In this document: positions 29,194-38,551 of the stretch, piece by piece
How positions within the stretch are numbered: the first letter of the stretch is position 1
Layout: each line of letters begins with the position of its first letter
DNA from: Candidatus Hadarchaeales archaeon
GTDB lineage: Archaea > Hadarchaeota > Hadarchaeia > Hadarchaeales > WYZ-LMO6
DNA: 41,492 nucleotides
Reading direction: 5' to 3'
Assembly (NCBI GenBank): GCA_038851755.1
Contig: JAWCKR010000011.1
Location: forward strand, 1 to 41,492
The notes under the pieces: generated by a model
Database searches by the model: none
Seen by the model: the letters and a program-made list of their open reading frames with translations, nothing else
What the model was told of the DNA's origin: nothing
Translations under genes and position numbers: made by a program

Positions 29194-29383
29194 AGCGCTC
29201 CAGCGAGCGGTCGTAGGTCCGCTCTATCTCGGGAGGGAAGAAGCACCCCGGGAGCTCCTTCCTGCTCCAGTGGTACCTCAGGCACTCGCAGCACACTCCC
29301 TTCCTCGAGCAGGGTTCGTAGGTGCAGGTGCAGTTCCTCAGGTTCTCCCTGAGGGAGCAGCTCCTCTCTTTCTTTCCCGCCAT
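29165..29383 (-). CDS. Small cysteine-rich protein (DUF6485-like)
   Basis: C...NL..CTCTYEPCSRKGVCCECLRYH....ELPGCFF...E.TYDRS; follows aIF2gamma with a GGTGGAGG SD. Confidence 0.75.
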   Translation of the reverse strand: MAGKKERSCSLRENLRNCTCTYEPCSRKGVCCECLRYHWSRKELPGCFFPPEIERTYDRSLERFIRCYTRLP

Positions 29384-29414
29384 CCTCCACCTGAGGAGGA
29401 AAGGGGAAAAAAGG

Positions 29415-30617
29415 CTATGCCAGGATCCCGTACCCTATGAGCCTCCACCTGCCCCCCACCCTCCTGCTCAGGGCTACCCTGGCACCGGGTGAGGCGCAGA
29501 CCAGACGGGTGAGCTTCACCTCGGCCCTTTCCCCCTTCATCTTCACCACCGTGCCCACCGTGGTGGCGGTCCCCACGTTCAGGACCAGCTGCTCCCCATG
29601 GGCCAGGGGCTTCACCTCCAGCTCCTCGGGCAGACCCACCACCCTCTCCATCAGGTGCACCTCCAGCTCCAGCGAGCTCAGGACGGGGGGCATCGCTCCC
29701 TCCTTCCCCACCACGCACCCCACCAGACGGTCCGCCTTCGTGAGGAAGGGGTCCAGCAGGGTGGAGACGCCTATCAGTCCCCCCGGCACGGCCTCCTCCA
29801 GCCTCTCCTTCCCCGCCTGGATGGAGGCCACCTTGCTTTTCAAGGGGGTGAAGGTTCCTCCCTCCTGAACCCCAGGCATGATCTCTATCTCGTCACCCAC
29901 CCTCAGCTTTCCCTGGGAGAGCATCCCTCCCACCACCCCCCCCACCAGCTCCTCGGGCCTGGTCCCTGGCCTGTTGGTGTCGAAGGACCGGGCGACGTAC
30001 ATCAGGGGGGGCCTGGAGAGGTCCCTGGTGGGGGTGGGGATGTTCTTCTCGATCTCCTCTATCAGCACGTCCAGGTTGGCCCTGTGGATGGCCGAGATGG
30101 GTATCACGGGGGCCTCGGCGGCGAAGGTCCCGGAGAGGAAGCGGCGGATCTGCTGGTAGTGCTCCACCACCTTCTCCTTCGGCACGAGCTCGATCTTGTT
30201 CTGAACCACCACCACCCGGTGCACCCCCGCGATGTCCAGGGCGGCCAGGTGCTCCTTCGTCTGGGGCTGGGGGCAGGGCTCGTTGGCGGCTATCACCAGC
30301 ACCGCCCCGTCCATGATGGCGGCCCCGCAGAGGGTGGTGGCCATCAGGGCCTCGTGCCCCGGGGCGTCCACGAAGGAGACCCTGCGGGAGAGTTCCGTCT
30401 CACCCCCGCAGTACGGGCACTTCCCTTTGGTGCTGTACCTCCCGCAGGAGCGGCACCTCATGAAGGAGGTGTCGGCGTATCCCAGCCTGATGGTGATTCC
30501 CCTCTTGATCTCCTCGCTGTGCGTGTCCGTCCAGATCCCTGAAAGGGCCTCCACCAGCGTGGTCTTCCCGTGGTCCACGTGCCCTATCATCCCTATGTTC
30601 ACCACGGCCTGAGGCAT
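29415..30617 (-). CDS. eif2g: Translation initiation factor 2 gamma subunit
   Basis: GHVDHGKTT, RGITIRLGYA, CxxC/CxxC, DAPGHE, PCPQPQTKEH, NKIE, WRLIGYG. Confidence 0.97.
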   Translation of the reverse strand: MPQAVVNIGMIGHVDHGKTTLVEALSGIWTDTHSEEIKRGITIRLGYADTSFMRCRSCGRYSTKGKCPYCGGETELSRRVSFVDAPGHEALMATTLCGAAIMDGAVLVIAANEPCPQPQTKEHLAALDIAGVHRVVVVQNKIELVPKEKVVEHYQQIRRFLSGTFAAEAPVIPISAIHRANLDVLIEEIEKNIPTPTRDLSRPPLMYVARSFDTNRPGTRPEELVGGVVGGMLSQGKLRVGDEIEIMPGVQEGGTFTPLKSKVASIQAGKERLEEAVPGGLIGVSTLLDPFLTKADRLVGCVVGKEGAMPPVLSSLELEVHLMERVVGLPEELEVKPLAHGEQLVLNVGTATTVGTVVKMKGERAEVKLTRLVCASPGARVALSRRVGGRWRLIGYGILA

Positions 30618-30659
30618 CTCCTCCCTCTCTCCCTCCTCTCTCTTAACCCTACCGAGGGC

Positions 30660-32447
30660 TCAGACCGACACGAGGGAGAGCAGGAGGTAGGAGGAGGTGA
30701 AGACGAGGGCCGAGACCAGGACCATGCGCCTGGCCGTGAGGAGGAACTCCACCTCCTCCCCGCCCGTCCTCAGGAGGGAGAGGTACCAGGCCAGGAGGAG
30801 GGAGAGCAGGAGGGAGGTGAGGCCCAGGGCCAGCTTGAGGAGCACCAGCTCTCCCGCCTCCACCATCCCGGGCAGGAAGGGAAAGGAGGCGAGGCCGGCG
30901 CCAGCCGCCCTCTCCCTCACGAGGAGGGAGACCCCGGAGAGGAGGCCGGTGGCCCAGAGGGACATCGCGCAGACGAGGGGGATGAGGAGCATCGCCATCA
31001 GACCCAGGTTCCCCAGGCTCTCGTCCATCTCCTCCCTGAACCTCCTCTCCACCCTCCTGAGCATCCCCAGGAACTCACCGGCCAGCATGCAGGCCCTCCC
31101 CGCCGCCTGCTCCGAGGTCCTCCTCACCTCCACGATGACCTTCAGGAAGGAACGCACCAGCGAGCTCCTGATCCTCTCCCCCTGCCTTCCCCTGCCGAAG
31201 AGGGCCTCCCCCACTCCTACCCCCAGTCTTTCCTGGGTCCTCGCCACCTCCTCCAGCTGCTCCGAGAGCTCGGAGCCCTCCATGAGCTCGGCGGTCTCCC
31301 TCAGGGCCTCCCCCATCGACTTGCCGTCCAGCATGCGGGAGCCCATGGTGCCCAGGGCCACCTCCCAGTCCCCCAGCTTCCTTCTCTCCTCCTCCCTGAG
31401 CCTGGTCCTCGGACCGAGGGAGAGGGTGGCGTGCAGGTAGAGGGCCCCGGCCGCCCCCCAGATCACCCAGAGGGAGTCCCCCCACCCCCATCCCCTCCAA
31501 ACGTGGAGGAAGAAGGGGGAGGAGAGGAGGAGGAAGAGGCACAGGGGGGCCAGGAGGAGCAGAGGGCCCTTGGGACCCGGGGGGAGTTCGGGAGGGGGGA
31601 GGGTGGGGGGTCTCTTGCCCCCGGCGTAGAGGCAGAAGATCCAGAAGGAGAGGAGGACCAGCAGGCAGAGGGGGAGGAAGAAGCGCAGGCCGAGCCCCAT
31701 GCCCGCCATGCCGAAGAGGGGGGAGAGGCCTATGCCCACCACGATGAGGAGGGAACCGAAGATCACGAAGGCGGCGGTGAGGGGTACCAGCTGCTCCAGC
31801 TCCCTCCTGAGGAAGGCCTCCCTGCTCTCCAGCAGTCGCTCGGGCGCCCTGGAGAGGTCCCTGAGCCTCAGGGCCTCCTCCCTCTCCCCGGTGGAGCGCA
31901 GGATGTCGAAGAGGGCGGTCCTCACCCCCTCGTCCACCCTGCCCCACTTCCCCGCCAGGTGGGTGAGGAGCTCCCTGGTGCTCCCGTACCTCCTCCTCTC
32001 CACCTCCACCATTCCCCTCCTGAGGTCCTCCGCCAGCCTGCCCTCCCCCTGGGCAGCCTGCAGGACGGCCCCCCTCAGGTCTGGGCGGGAGTGGAGGGCG
32101 AAGGAGAGGACCATCACGGTGTTCACCGCCTCCTCCCTCGCCTTGCTCCTCCTCAGCCCCTGGAGGTGGAAGGGATAGAGGTAGAAGAGGAGGCCTAGGA
32201 GGAGGGAGGAACAGAGGGAGAGGGAGGGGAGGTACCAGGGGAAGGAAGAGAGGAGGGCGAGGGGGAGAAGGGGCAGGAAGGGGAGGAGGAGGGAGGCGAG
32301 GAAGCCCGCCAGGAACTCCCCGGGCTCCACTTCCGCCTCCCGCAGGGCTTCGAGGGTGGAGGGGCTCAGCCCCTCTCCCCTGATCCCCGTCACCCTTCTC
32401 CAGAACCGGCAGTGGGCGCGGTAGAGGGAGAGGCCGGGGGAGCCCAT
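30660..32447 (-). CDS. Polytopic membrane protein, TadB/TadC (GspF/ArlJ-like) platform
   Basis: Many TM helices alternating with two cytoplasmic helical domains (GKSMGEAL); starts 1 nt after the ATPase stop. Confidence 0.7.
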   Translation of the reverse strand: MGSPGLSLYRAHCRFWRRVTGIRGEGLSPSTLEALREAEVEPGEFLAGFLASLLLPFLPLLPLALLSSFPWYLPSLSLCSSLLLGLLFYLYPFHLQGLRRSKAREEAVNTVMVLSFALHSRPDLRGAVLQAAQGEGRLAEDLRRGMVEVERRRYGSTRELLTHLAGKWGRVDEGVRTALFDILRSTGEREEALRLRDLSRAPERLLESREAFLRRELEQLVPLTAAFVIFGSLLIVVGIGLSPLFGMAGMGLGLRFFLPLCLLVLLSFWIFCLYAGGKRPPTLPPPELPPGPKGPLLLLAPLCLFLLLSSPFFLHVWRGWGWGDSLWVIWGAAGALYLHATLSLGPRTRLREEERRKLGDWEVALGTMGSRMLDGKSMGEALRETAELMEGSELSEQLEEVARTQERLGVGVGEALFGRGRQGERIRSSLVRSFLKVIVEVRRTSEQAAGRACMLAGEFLGMLRRVERRFREEMDESLGNLGLMAMLLIPLVCAMSLWATGLLSGVSLLVRERAAGAGLASFPFLPGMVEAGELVLLKLALGLTSLLLSLLLAWYLSLLRTGGEEVEFLLTARRMVLVSALVFTSSYLLLSLVSV

Positions 32448-32448
32448 C

Positions 32449-34575
32449 TCACCCTCCCCTCAGCCACCCGAGCCACTCCCGGAAGGTCCCCTCCCCCGCC
32501 CCCTGTTCCCTCACGAGCGAAAGGTATCTGCCGTAGCTCCTGGTGACCCCCTCGAGCTCGATCAGGGAGGGATCTTCCCCGGAGAGCTCCACCAGCCTGG
32601 CCTTCACCAGGGCCTCCCACAGGATCTCCTCCAGCACCTCTTCCTCCTCCCTTCCCTCCCTCCTGCACACGAAGGGCACGAGCTCGCTCCCGCCCTCCTC
32701 CGGGGGGAGGAAGCGGAGCCTCCTCGCGGCCTTCCTCACCCACGCTTCCCCCGGCCTGCGGGAGGAGAGCTCCTTCAGGATCTTCCTGTCGCCCTCCAGC
32801 AGGGAGAGGGGGAAGAGCAGGTCCCTTTTCCTGTCGTAGGAGAAGAGATCCGAGTACTCGGGTTCCTCACCCCCCTTCTTCCTCACCTCCGAGACCTCGA
32901 TCACCCTTCTCACCGTTCCCTCCTTCCCCCTGAAGCGCGCCGTCCCCACCACCAGGTCCACGTGTCTGTACACGGCGGGGGGAAGGCCGAGGATGCGGCA
33001 GATAAGCTCGTACATCTCCCTCCTGCTCCTCGCGTGGAAGCTGCTCACCACGGGCTGGCTCCCCCTCCTCGCCGCGGCCCCCAGCGCCGCCCTCACAGCC
33101 TCCCCCGATCTGACCTCGGCGATGAACCAGTGGGCAGGGCCGCCCCTGAGGAAGGCCTCTATCTGCCTCTCGAGCTCCTCGGGTCTCCCTATCCTCACGT
33201 TCTCCACGGAGTAGCCGCACCTCACGAACTCCTCCACGTGCAGCTCGGGGGTGTCCTGGAAGCAGATCACGTGGTGCTCCCTCCCCACCTCGGGCAGGAG
33301 GCTCTCCAGCAGGCTGGTCTTGGCGCTCCCCACCTCCCCTATGATGAAGGCCGAGGCCCCCTCCCTCACCGCCCACGAGAGGAAGGAAGAGGCCAGGGGG
33401 GTGAGGCTCCCGCGCTGGAGGAAGAGGGGCTGGGTCCAGGTCCTCTCCCTCCTCTTCCTCACCGCCATGCCCACTCCCTTCCCCCAGAGGGCGGGGTCCC
33501 TGGCCAGGAAGACCCTGAGGCCGAGCTCCTCCACCTCCGCGTCCAGCTGGGGCCTCACCTCGTCGAAGGAGGTCCCCATCCTGGAGGCCAGCCTCTCCGC
33601 CAGGGAGAGGAGGAAGGGCGTGGAGCAGTGGATGCCCGTCTCGCACAGGTCCCACCTCTCGTGGACCACCCTCACGGGCTGGAGCTCCGGAGGGGAGGGG
33701 AAGAGGAAGTCGGTGAGGTGCTCGTCCCTGCTCAGGGCCTCCAGCACCCCGTAGGAGGTCCAGGAGGAGAGGAGGAGGGAGAACCCCTCCAGTTTCCTGG
33801 CCGGATACCTCTCTCCCCCCTTCTCCAGGAGGGCCCTCCTCCAGCCTTCCTGCAGCTCCTCCAGGGGAGCGGGCTCCTCCAGGAAGACCTCCTCCAGCAG
33901 CTCCATCTCCTCCTCGGGCAGGGAGAACTCCGGAAGCTCGAGCTCGTAGAAGGGGAGGGGTGAGTCCTCCCTCCTGTAAATTCTCACTTTTCCCCTCCCT
34001 TCCTCGAGGGAGTAGGTGTCCAGCACCTCACCCTTCCCGCTGAAGGGCAGGATGAAGCAGTCGGCGAAGAAGGGGCGGAGGACCTCCCGGGACGCCTCCT
34101 TCCAGAGGGAACTCAGGCGGCGGTATCTCCCCTCCAACTCCTTCAGGAAGGAAGAGAAGAGAGAGGTGCACTCCCGGCACTTCCCCTTCCCGGCCCTCAC
34201 CCGCGGGTGCGGGACCTCCAGGGTCCGCAGGAAGGAGGTCAGGGTTCCCTCCACCGCTTTCGCCCTCTCCCCCACGCACTCCCGGCATTCCTTCCTCCCT
34301 CCCGTCCCCAGCCTGCTTCGCTCGGAGAGGAGGGGGCGGAGGGACCTGAGTTCACTGAGGAAGGGAGGGAGGAAGGGATAGAGGCGGTGGTAGGAACGCC
34401 TGAGGATCACCCCCTCCACCTCCCTCTCGAGGAGGTGGACCAGCACGCACTCCCTGCAGGAGGGATCCGAGAGGGTGGCTCTACCACGGCAGTGATGACA
34501 CTCCACCTCCGCCAGCCTGAGGGGACCGGAGAGCTCCACCTTCATCCGCTCTGGTCCGGCCTTCCGGAGCTCCAT
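32449..34575 (-). CDS. VirB11/CpaF (TadA)-like secretion or pilus ATPase, divergent
   Basis: Walker A GEVGSAKT, Asp box QDTPEL, Walker B FIAEVRSGE, His box SSFHA, RRVIEVSEV; N-terminal CxxC pairs. Confidence 0.82.
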   Translation of the reverse strand: MELRKAGPERMKVELSGPLRLAEVECHHCRGRATLSDPSCRECVLVHLLEREVEGVILRRSYHRLYPFLPPFLSELRSLRPLLSERSRLGTGGRKECRECVGERAKAVEGTLTSFLRTLEVPHPRVRAGKGKCRECTSLFSSFLKELEGRYRRLSSLWKEASREVLRPFFADCFILPFSGKGEVLDTYSLEEGRGKVRIYRREDSPLPFYELELPEFSLPEEEMELLEEVFLEEPAPLEELQEGWRRALLEKGGERYPARKLEGFSLLLSSWTSYGVLEALSRDEHLTDFLFPSPPELQPVRVVHERWDLCETGIHCSTPFLLSLAERLASRMGTSFDEVRPQLDAEVEELGLRVFLARDPALWGKGVGMAVRKRRERTWTQPLFLQRGSLTPLASSFLSWAVREGASAFIIGEVGSAKTSLLESLLPEVGREHHVICFQDTPELHVEEFVRCGYSVENVRIGRPEELERQIEAFLRGGPAHWFIAEVRSGEAVRAALGAAARRGSQPVVSSFHARSRREMYELICRILGLPPAVYRHVDLVVGTARFRGKEGTVRRVIEVSEVRKKGGEEPEYSDLFSYDRKRDLLFPLSLLEGDRKILKELSSRRPGEAWVRKAARRLRFLPPEEGGSELVPFVCRREGREEEEVLEEILWEALVKARLVELSGEDPSLIELEGVTRSYGRYLSLVREQGAGEGTFREWLGWLRGG

Positions 34576-34627
34576 AACTTTTTCCCTTTCCTCCCCGCTT
34601 TTTGTGGATTTTGAGAGGTCTTTTTTA

Positions 34628-35614
34628 GTGGGGAGGGTTTGGGGGAAGATGGATCTCCCCCTCTACCTCCTCTTCGGGGCCCTCACCGCCCTCCTCCTGG
34701 CCTCGGCCTTCCTCTTCCAGCTCACCGCGCAGGCGAGGGAGGCCGTGGACGAGCAGGCCTGGGGGCTCCTGGAGGGCCTGGCCCGCTCGGCCTTCTCCCT
34801 CCTCCCCGGGGAGGAGACGAGGGTGAACCTCCCGCCCTCCCTGGGGGGATGCGCCTACGAGTTCCGGGTGGAGGGGAACGTCCTCCGCGTGAGGATCCTG
34901 GATGGGGTGAGGGAGGGGAAGCTCTACTCCCTTGAACTCGCTGAGGAGGTGAGGGTGGAGAACTCCTCCTTCGGGGGAACGGTCTACCTGCGAAGGGAGG
35001 AGGGTGGTCTGGTTCTCTCCTCCTCTCCCCTTCCTCCCCTTCCCTCTCCTTCTTCCTTCTCCCCCTCTTCCTCCCTCCTCCCGCCCTTCTGTTCCCTCGC
35101 CAGGGAAAACCCAAGGGTCGCTTCTGCCCTCCTCCTCTCCTTCTCTCTCTACGGGGACCCCGAGGGATACGCAGTGAGGGGGGAGAGCGTGGCGGTGAGG
35201 GTGGGCGGCAGCTGGTTGCTGGTGGGTGGGAGGGAAACGGCTGAGAAGGTGGGAGCGGTGGAGAACGCCTGGGTGGTGGAGAGGGTGGAGGAGGGGAGCT
35301 GTGGGGGAGCATGGGAGGACTGCCCTTCCGTGGGGGAGGCGGTCTCGGGGGGATGGGCCCTCACCCCTTCCCAGGCCCTCTCCGAATTCCTGGGAAGGGC
35401 GTGGAGGTGGGAGAACGGCGTGGTGGAACCAGAAAACCTCACGTGGAGGGCGGCCGCGGTCACCACGGCGGTAGGTTCCTTCCCCGCCTACCGTTTCGAG
35501 TTCAGCTCGGGAGGGGAGGACTTCGTGGTCTACTACAGGATGCTGAGGTGGTGGTACCTGGAGAACTCCCCGGGGTTCTTCATGCAGAGCGAGCCCAGCC
35601 TGGAACCAGTCTAG
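34628..35614 (+). CDS. Pilin-like or secreted hypothetical protein
   Basis: N-terminal hydrophobic helix after ...WG, NLPPSLGGCAYEFRV segment like archaeal pilus-associated proteins, Ser/Pro linker, second domain. Start uncertain (34604, 34628 or 34649). Confidence 0.55.
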   Translation: MGRVWGKMDLPLYLLFGALTALLLASAFLFQLTAQAREAVDEQAWGLLEGLARSAFSLLPGEETRVNLPPSLGGCAYEFRVEGNVLRVRILDGVREGKLYSLELAEEVRVENSSFGGTVYLRREEGGLVLSSSPLPPLPSPSSFSPSSSLLPPFCSLARENPRVASALLLSFSLYGDPEGYAVRGESVAVRVGGSWLLVGGRETAEKVGAVENAWVVERVEEGSCGGAWEDCPSVGEAVSGGWALTPSQALSEFLGRAWRWENGVVEPENLTWRAAAVTTAVGSFPAYRFEFSSGGEDFVVYYRMLRWWYLENSPGFFMQSEPSLEPV

Positions 35615-35647
35615 TTCCTGGTTCTTCAAAAAGGGCAGGGGCGACCG

Positions 35648-36157
35648 TCAAACTCCCTCGATCATCCTGATGATTTTAGAGTACAGCTCCGCCGAACACC
35701 TCCAGCCTGAGCTTACCATATCGTCCAAGGCCAACTTCGCCCTTTCCTTCGAGATCGACCCAAGCTTTACCAAAAGGGCGAGGATGAAGGCGGTGCCCCC
35801 GTGCTCGATTCCGTAGACCTTGGCTGCGTCCCTGGCCACTCTGTCGTCCACCACCGCCATTCCTCCGACTTCTTTCGCCAGGGCCAGAACCTCCGCATCC
35901 GCCGGGTGGAGCTCGGGTACCCTGCAAAGCAGGCGGAGGAGCTTCTCGTTTCGGACCCTCACGATTTTCAACGTTTCCTCTTGGAGGATTCTCTCGATTA
36001 TGAGGGCATCCTTCGCCGCCTTTTCCTTTCCCTTGTTTAAGACCTCTTCTTTAACGCTGGGGGGGATGAGTTTCTCACAGGGTATGTCCCTCAAGAGGGG
36101 GAGGAGGCCTACCTTGGCCAGATACATCAGGGGGGTTGAGTTGAAAACGAGACGCAT
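35648..36157 (-). CDS. PIN-domain toxin (DUF3368/VapC-like)
   Basis: VFNSTPL, PPSVKEE, LHPADAEVLALA, VVDDRVAR, GTAFIL. Confidence 0.85.
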   Translation of the reverse strand: MRLVFNSTPLMYLAKVGLLPLLRDIPCEKLIPPSVKEEVLNKGKEKAAKDALIIERILQEETLKIVRVRNEKLLRLLCRVPELHPADAEVLALAKEVGGMAVVDDRVARDAAKVYGIEHGGTAFILALLVKLGSISKERAKLALDDMVSSGWRCSAELYSKIIRMIEGV

Positions 36158-36164
36158 GCAGCCT

Positions 36165-36482
36165 TCATCGCGAGATTTTTTTGGCCAATCCGAATTCGCG
36201 CTCTATTTCTTCCGGCGACAGATGCACCCACTCGATTTTTCGATCCCTCACCAGCTCTGATATCTCCCAGAGGGAAACGCCCGCCAGTTCCGCCGCTTTC
36301 GCGAAAGTTATTTTTCCCTGCCTCAGCAGTTCCAGCGCCCGCTCCTTCCTCCACTCCGAGATACCACGCTCGAGGATTTTTCTGACCGCGGTTGATTTGT
36401 CCACGCCCTCCACTTTTATGAACTCCCTTATGTACCGGTCGATTTCTTCCGGAACCCGTGCGCCGAGAGGCTTGGACACCAT
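36165..36482 (-). CDS. UPF0175-family antitoxin with RHH-like N-terminus
   Basis: GARVPEE...DKSTAVRKIL (RHH-like) and GKITFAKAAELAGVSLWE (HTH); directly upstream of the PIN gene. Confidence 0.85.
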   Translation of the reverse strand: MVSKPLGARVPEEIDRYIREFIKVEGVDKSTAVRKILERGISEWRKERALELLRQGKITFAKAAELAGVSLWEISELVRDRKIEWVHLSPEEIEREFGLAKKISR

Positions 36483-36550
36483 TCCTTTTTTCTTGTTTAC
36501 GTTTGTATATAAATGTTTACAAGAGACACCAATTTATCCAGGGTTTCGGC

Positions 36551-37765
36551 TCAGTCCCAGAGCTCCACCTCCACCCTCTCTCCCCCCTCCACCACCTCCG
36601 TGTCCTCCGGGACCGCGAAGAAGCCGTCCGAGCCCGTGAGGGAGCTGAGGATCCCGGATCCCGTCACCCTGAGGGGCTCCGCCCAGAGCTTTCTTTTCCT
36701 CTCCAGGAGCCTCACCCTCACCACGTCCACCCTTCCCAGGGAGGAGGCCACCTTCCTGGTCACCCTCGCCTCCACCTTCCTGAGCCCCCTCTCGGGAGGG
36801 AGCCCCTGCATGAGGCGGAGGAGGGGTCTGACCAGGAAGACGAAGGAGATGAGGCAGGCCGCCGGGAAGCCCGGGAGGCAGAACACGGGTTTCCCCCCCA
36901 CCCTCCCGAAGGCCGTGGGACTTCCAGGCCTCAGGTTCACCCCGTGGAAGAGGAGCTCTCCCTTTTCCCCCACCAGCTCCGGCACCAGGTCCTCCTTCCC
37001 CACGGAGGTCCCGCCGGAAATCAGCATCACGTCCCCCTTCCTCACTCCCTCCCCCAACCTCCTCTCCAGTTCCTTCCTCTCGTCAGGACACCTCCCCAGC
37101 CGGAGGGGGAGGGCCCCGCACGAGCGCACGGCGCAGCTCAGGGAGTAGGAGTTGATGTCGGGGATCTCCCCCCTCCCCAGCTTTTTCCCCGGCTCCCTCA
37201 GCTCGGAGCCCGTCGAGAGGATGGAGACCCTCGGTCTTCTGAACACCCTCACCCTCCCCATCCCCAGGCAGGCCAGCATCCCTACCTCCTGGGGCCCCAG
37301 TCTCCTCCCCCCCTCCAGCGCCCTTTCCCCCCTCTTCACGTCCTCTCCCCTCCTCGAGACGTTCTTCCACGGGGTGACGGGGGCGAGCACCTCTATCTCC
37401 CTCCCCTTCCCCCTGGTGTGTTCCACCATCACCACCGCGTCCGCCCACGGGGGAAGGGGTCTGCCCGTCATCACCTGTACGGCCTTCCCGGGGCCCACCC
37501 TTTCCCTCACCACCTCCAGCGTGCGGGGTGAGGTCTCGCTGGCGCCGAAGGTGTCGGAGGCCCTCACGGCGTACCCGTCCACGGCGCTCCTGTCGAAGGG
37601 CGGGAAATCGGTGGGGGAGAGGAGGTCTTCGAACAGGACCCTCCCGCATGCCTCCTCCAGCCGTACCTCCTCGGGTCCCAGGGGTCCGGAGGAGGAGAGG
37701 ACCAGCCTGAGGGCCTCTTCCACCCGCAGGTACTCCCTGAAGCCCCTCCACCTACTCCCTGGCAT
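36551..37765 (-). CDS. moeA: Molybdopterin molybdenum/tungsten transferase MoeA
   Basis: PPFDRSAVDGYAV, MTG..LP..ADAVVMVE, STGSEL, SGGTSVG, LPGFP. Confidence 0.95.
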   Translation of the reverse strand: MPGSRWRGFREYLRVEEALRLVLSSSGPLGPEEVRLEEACGRVLFEDLLSPTDFPPFDRSAVDGYAVRASDTFGASETSPRTLEVVRERVGPGKAVQVMTGRPLPPWADAVVMVEHTRGKGREIEVLAPVTPWKNVSRRGEDVKRGERALEGGRRLGPQEVGMLACLGMGRVRVFRRPRVSILSTGSELREPGKKLGRGEIPDINSYSLSCAVRSCGALPLRLGRCPDERKELERRLGEGVRKGDVMLISGGTSVGKEDLVPELVGEKGELLFHGVNLRPGSPTAFGRVGGKPVFCLPGFPAACLISFVFLVRPLLRLMQGLPPERGLRKVEARVTRKVASSLGRVDVVRVRLLERKRKLWAEPLRVTGSGILSSLTGSDGFFAVPEDTEVVEGGERVEVELWD

Positions 37766-38267
37766 GCTTCACCAGGTGCCCCAGCTCGGGGAGGAGGAGC
37801 TTCATCCCGACCTCCACGGAGGAGGGTGCCCCCGGCAGACAGCAGATGAGTTTCCCCTTCGACACCCCGAAGATGGACCTCGTGAGGAGGGCGGGGGTCC
37901 CCACCATCTCGTACCCCATCGCCCTCAGCCTCTCCCCGAAGCCCGGCAGCTCCTTCTCCAGCAGGGGACGCAGCGTCTCCACGGTCACGTCCCTGCGGGT
38001 GATGCCCGTGCCACCGCAGGTGAAGATGGCGTCCACACCGGGGTCTTCGAGGTGTTTCTTCACGGCCCCCAGGATGAGCTCGGGCTCGTCGGGGACGAGG
38101 TCCCTCACCACCTCGTGCCCCTCTCCCTTCAGCTTCTCCTCCATGATCCTTCCCGAGAGGTCCTCGTCCCTCCCCTCCAGCCTGGCCCTGTACCTGGAGT
38201 CGCTGATGGTGATCACGGCCACCCTGAGCTTCTTGGGCGCCGCCCTCCTGTGCTCCTCGAAGCCCAT
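37752..38267 (-). CDS. moaB: Molybdopterin adenylyltransferase MoaB/Mog
   Basis: VITISDS, DLSG, GGTGIT.RDVT.E, LPGFGE, LPG. Confidence 0.93.
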   Translation of the reverse strand: MGFEEHRRAAPKKLRVAVITISDSRYRARLEGRDEDLSGRIMEEKLKGEGHEVVRDLVPDEPELILGAVKKHLEDPGVDAIFTCGGTGITRRDVTVETLRPLLEKELPGFGERLRAMGYEMVGTPALLTRSIFGVSKGKLICCLPGAPSSVEVGMKLLLPELGHLVKHARE

Positions 38268-38551
38268 CTTTTCCCTTACCGCTTCCTTTGTATTTGAACC
38301 TTAGAGAGCTTGCTGGGTGAGCTTGGGAAGGTCGGCACGCTCTGGAGGAGGGCTTTTTTTTCTCGCCGGTGTTGAGAGAAGGGCCCTCCCAGGACGAGGA
38401 AAGGGTGGAGGGCAGGGTTGGGTCCCATCTCCTCATCGCCCTTCCAGCGAAGGGGACGCAAACTACAGTTCCACCCCGCACGCGTGCGCCCGCTTTCTCT
38501 TTGGGATGGTGGGGGAATTCACGAACTCCGGCGGTCTGGGGTGGCTGGTCC

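Noticed and set aside
30570-32198. Long antisense or alternate-frame ORFs (also 18620..20125, 14388..15752, 10249..11586, 5854..7143, 27170..28489)
   Set aside because: Shadow ORFs of well-supported genes in GC-rich DNA; low-complexity translations with no family motifs.
32180-32300. GA-rich low-complexity tract (mirror CT-rich tract at about 35010..35085)
   Set aside because: Explained by Leu/Pro/Ser/Phe codons in TM helices and a linker; not a true repeat.
38270-38551. Bacterial Moco riboswitch or SECIS element
   Set aside because: Consensus elements were not recognisable and flanking genes have no in-frame TGA; kept only as an unassigned structured region.
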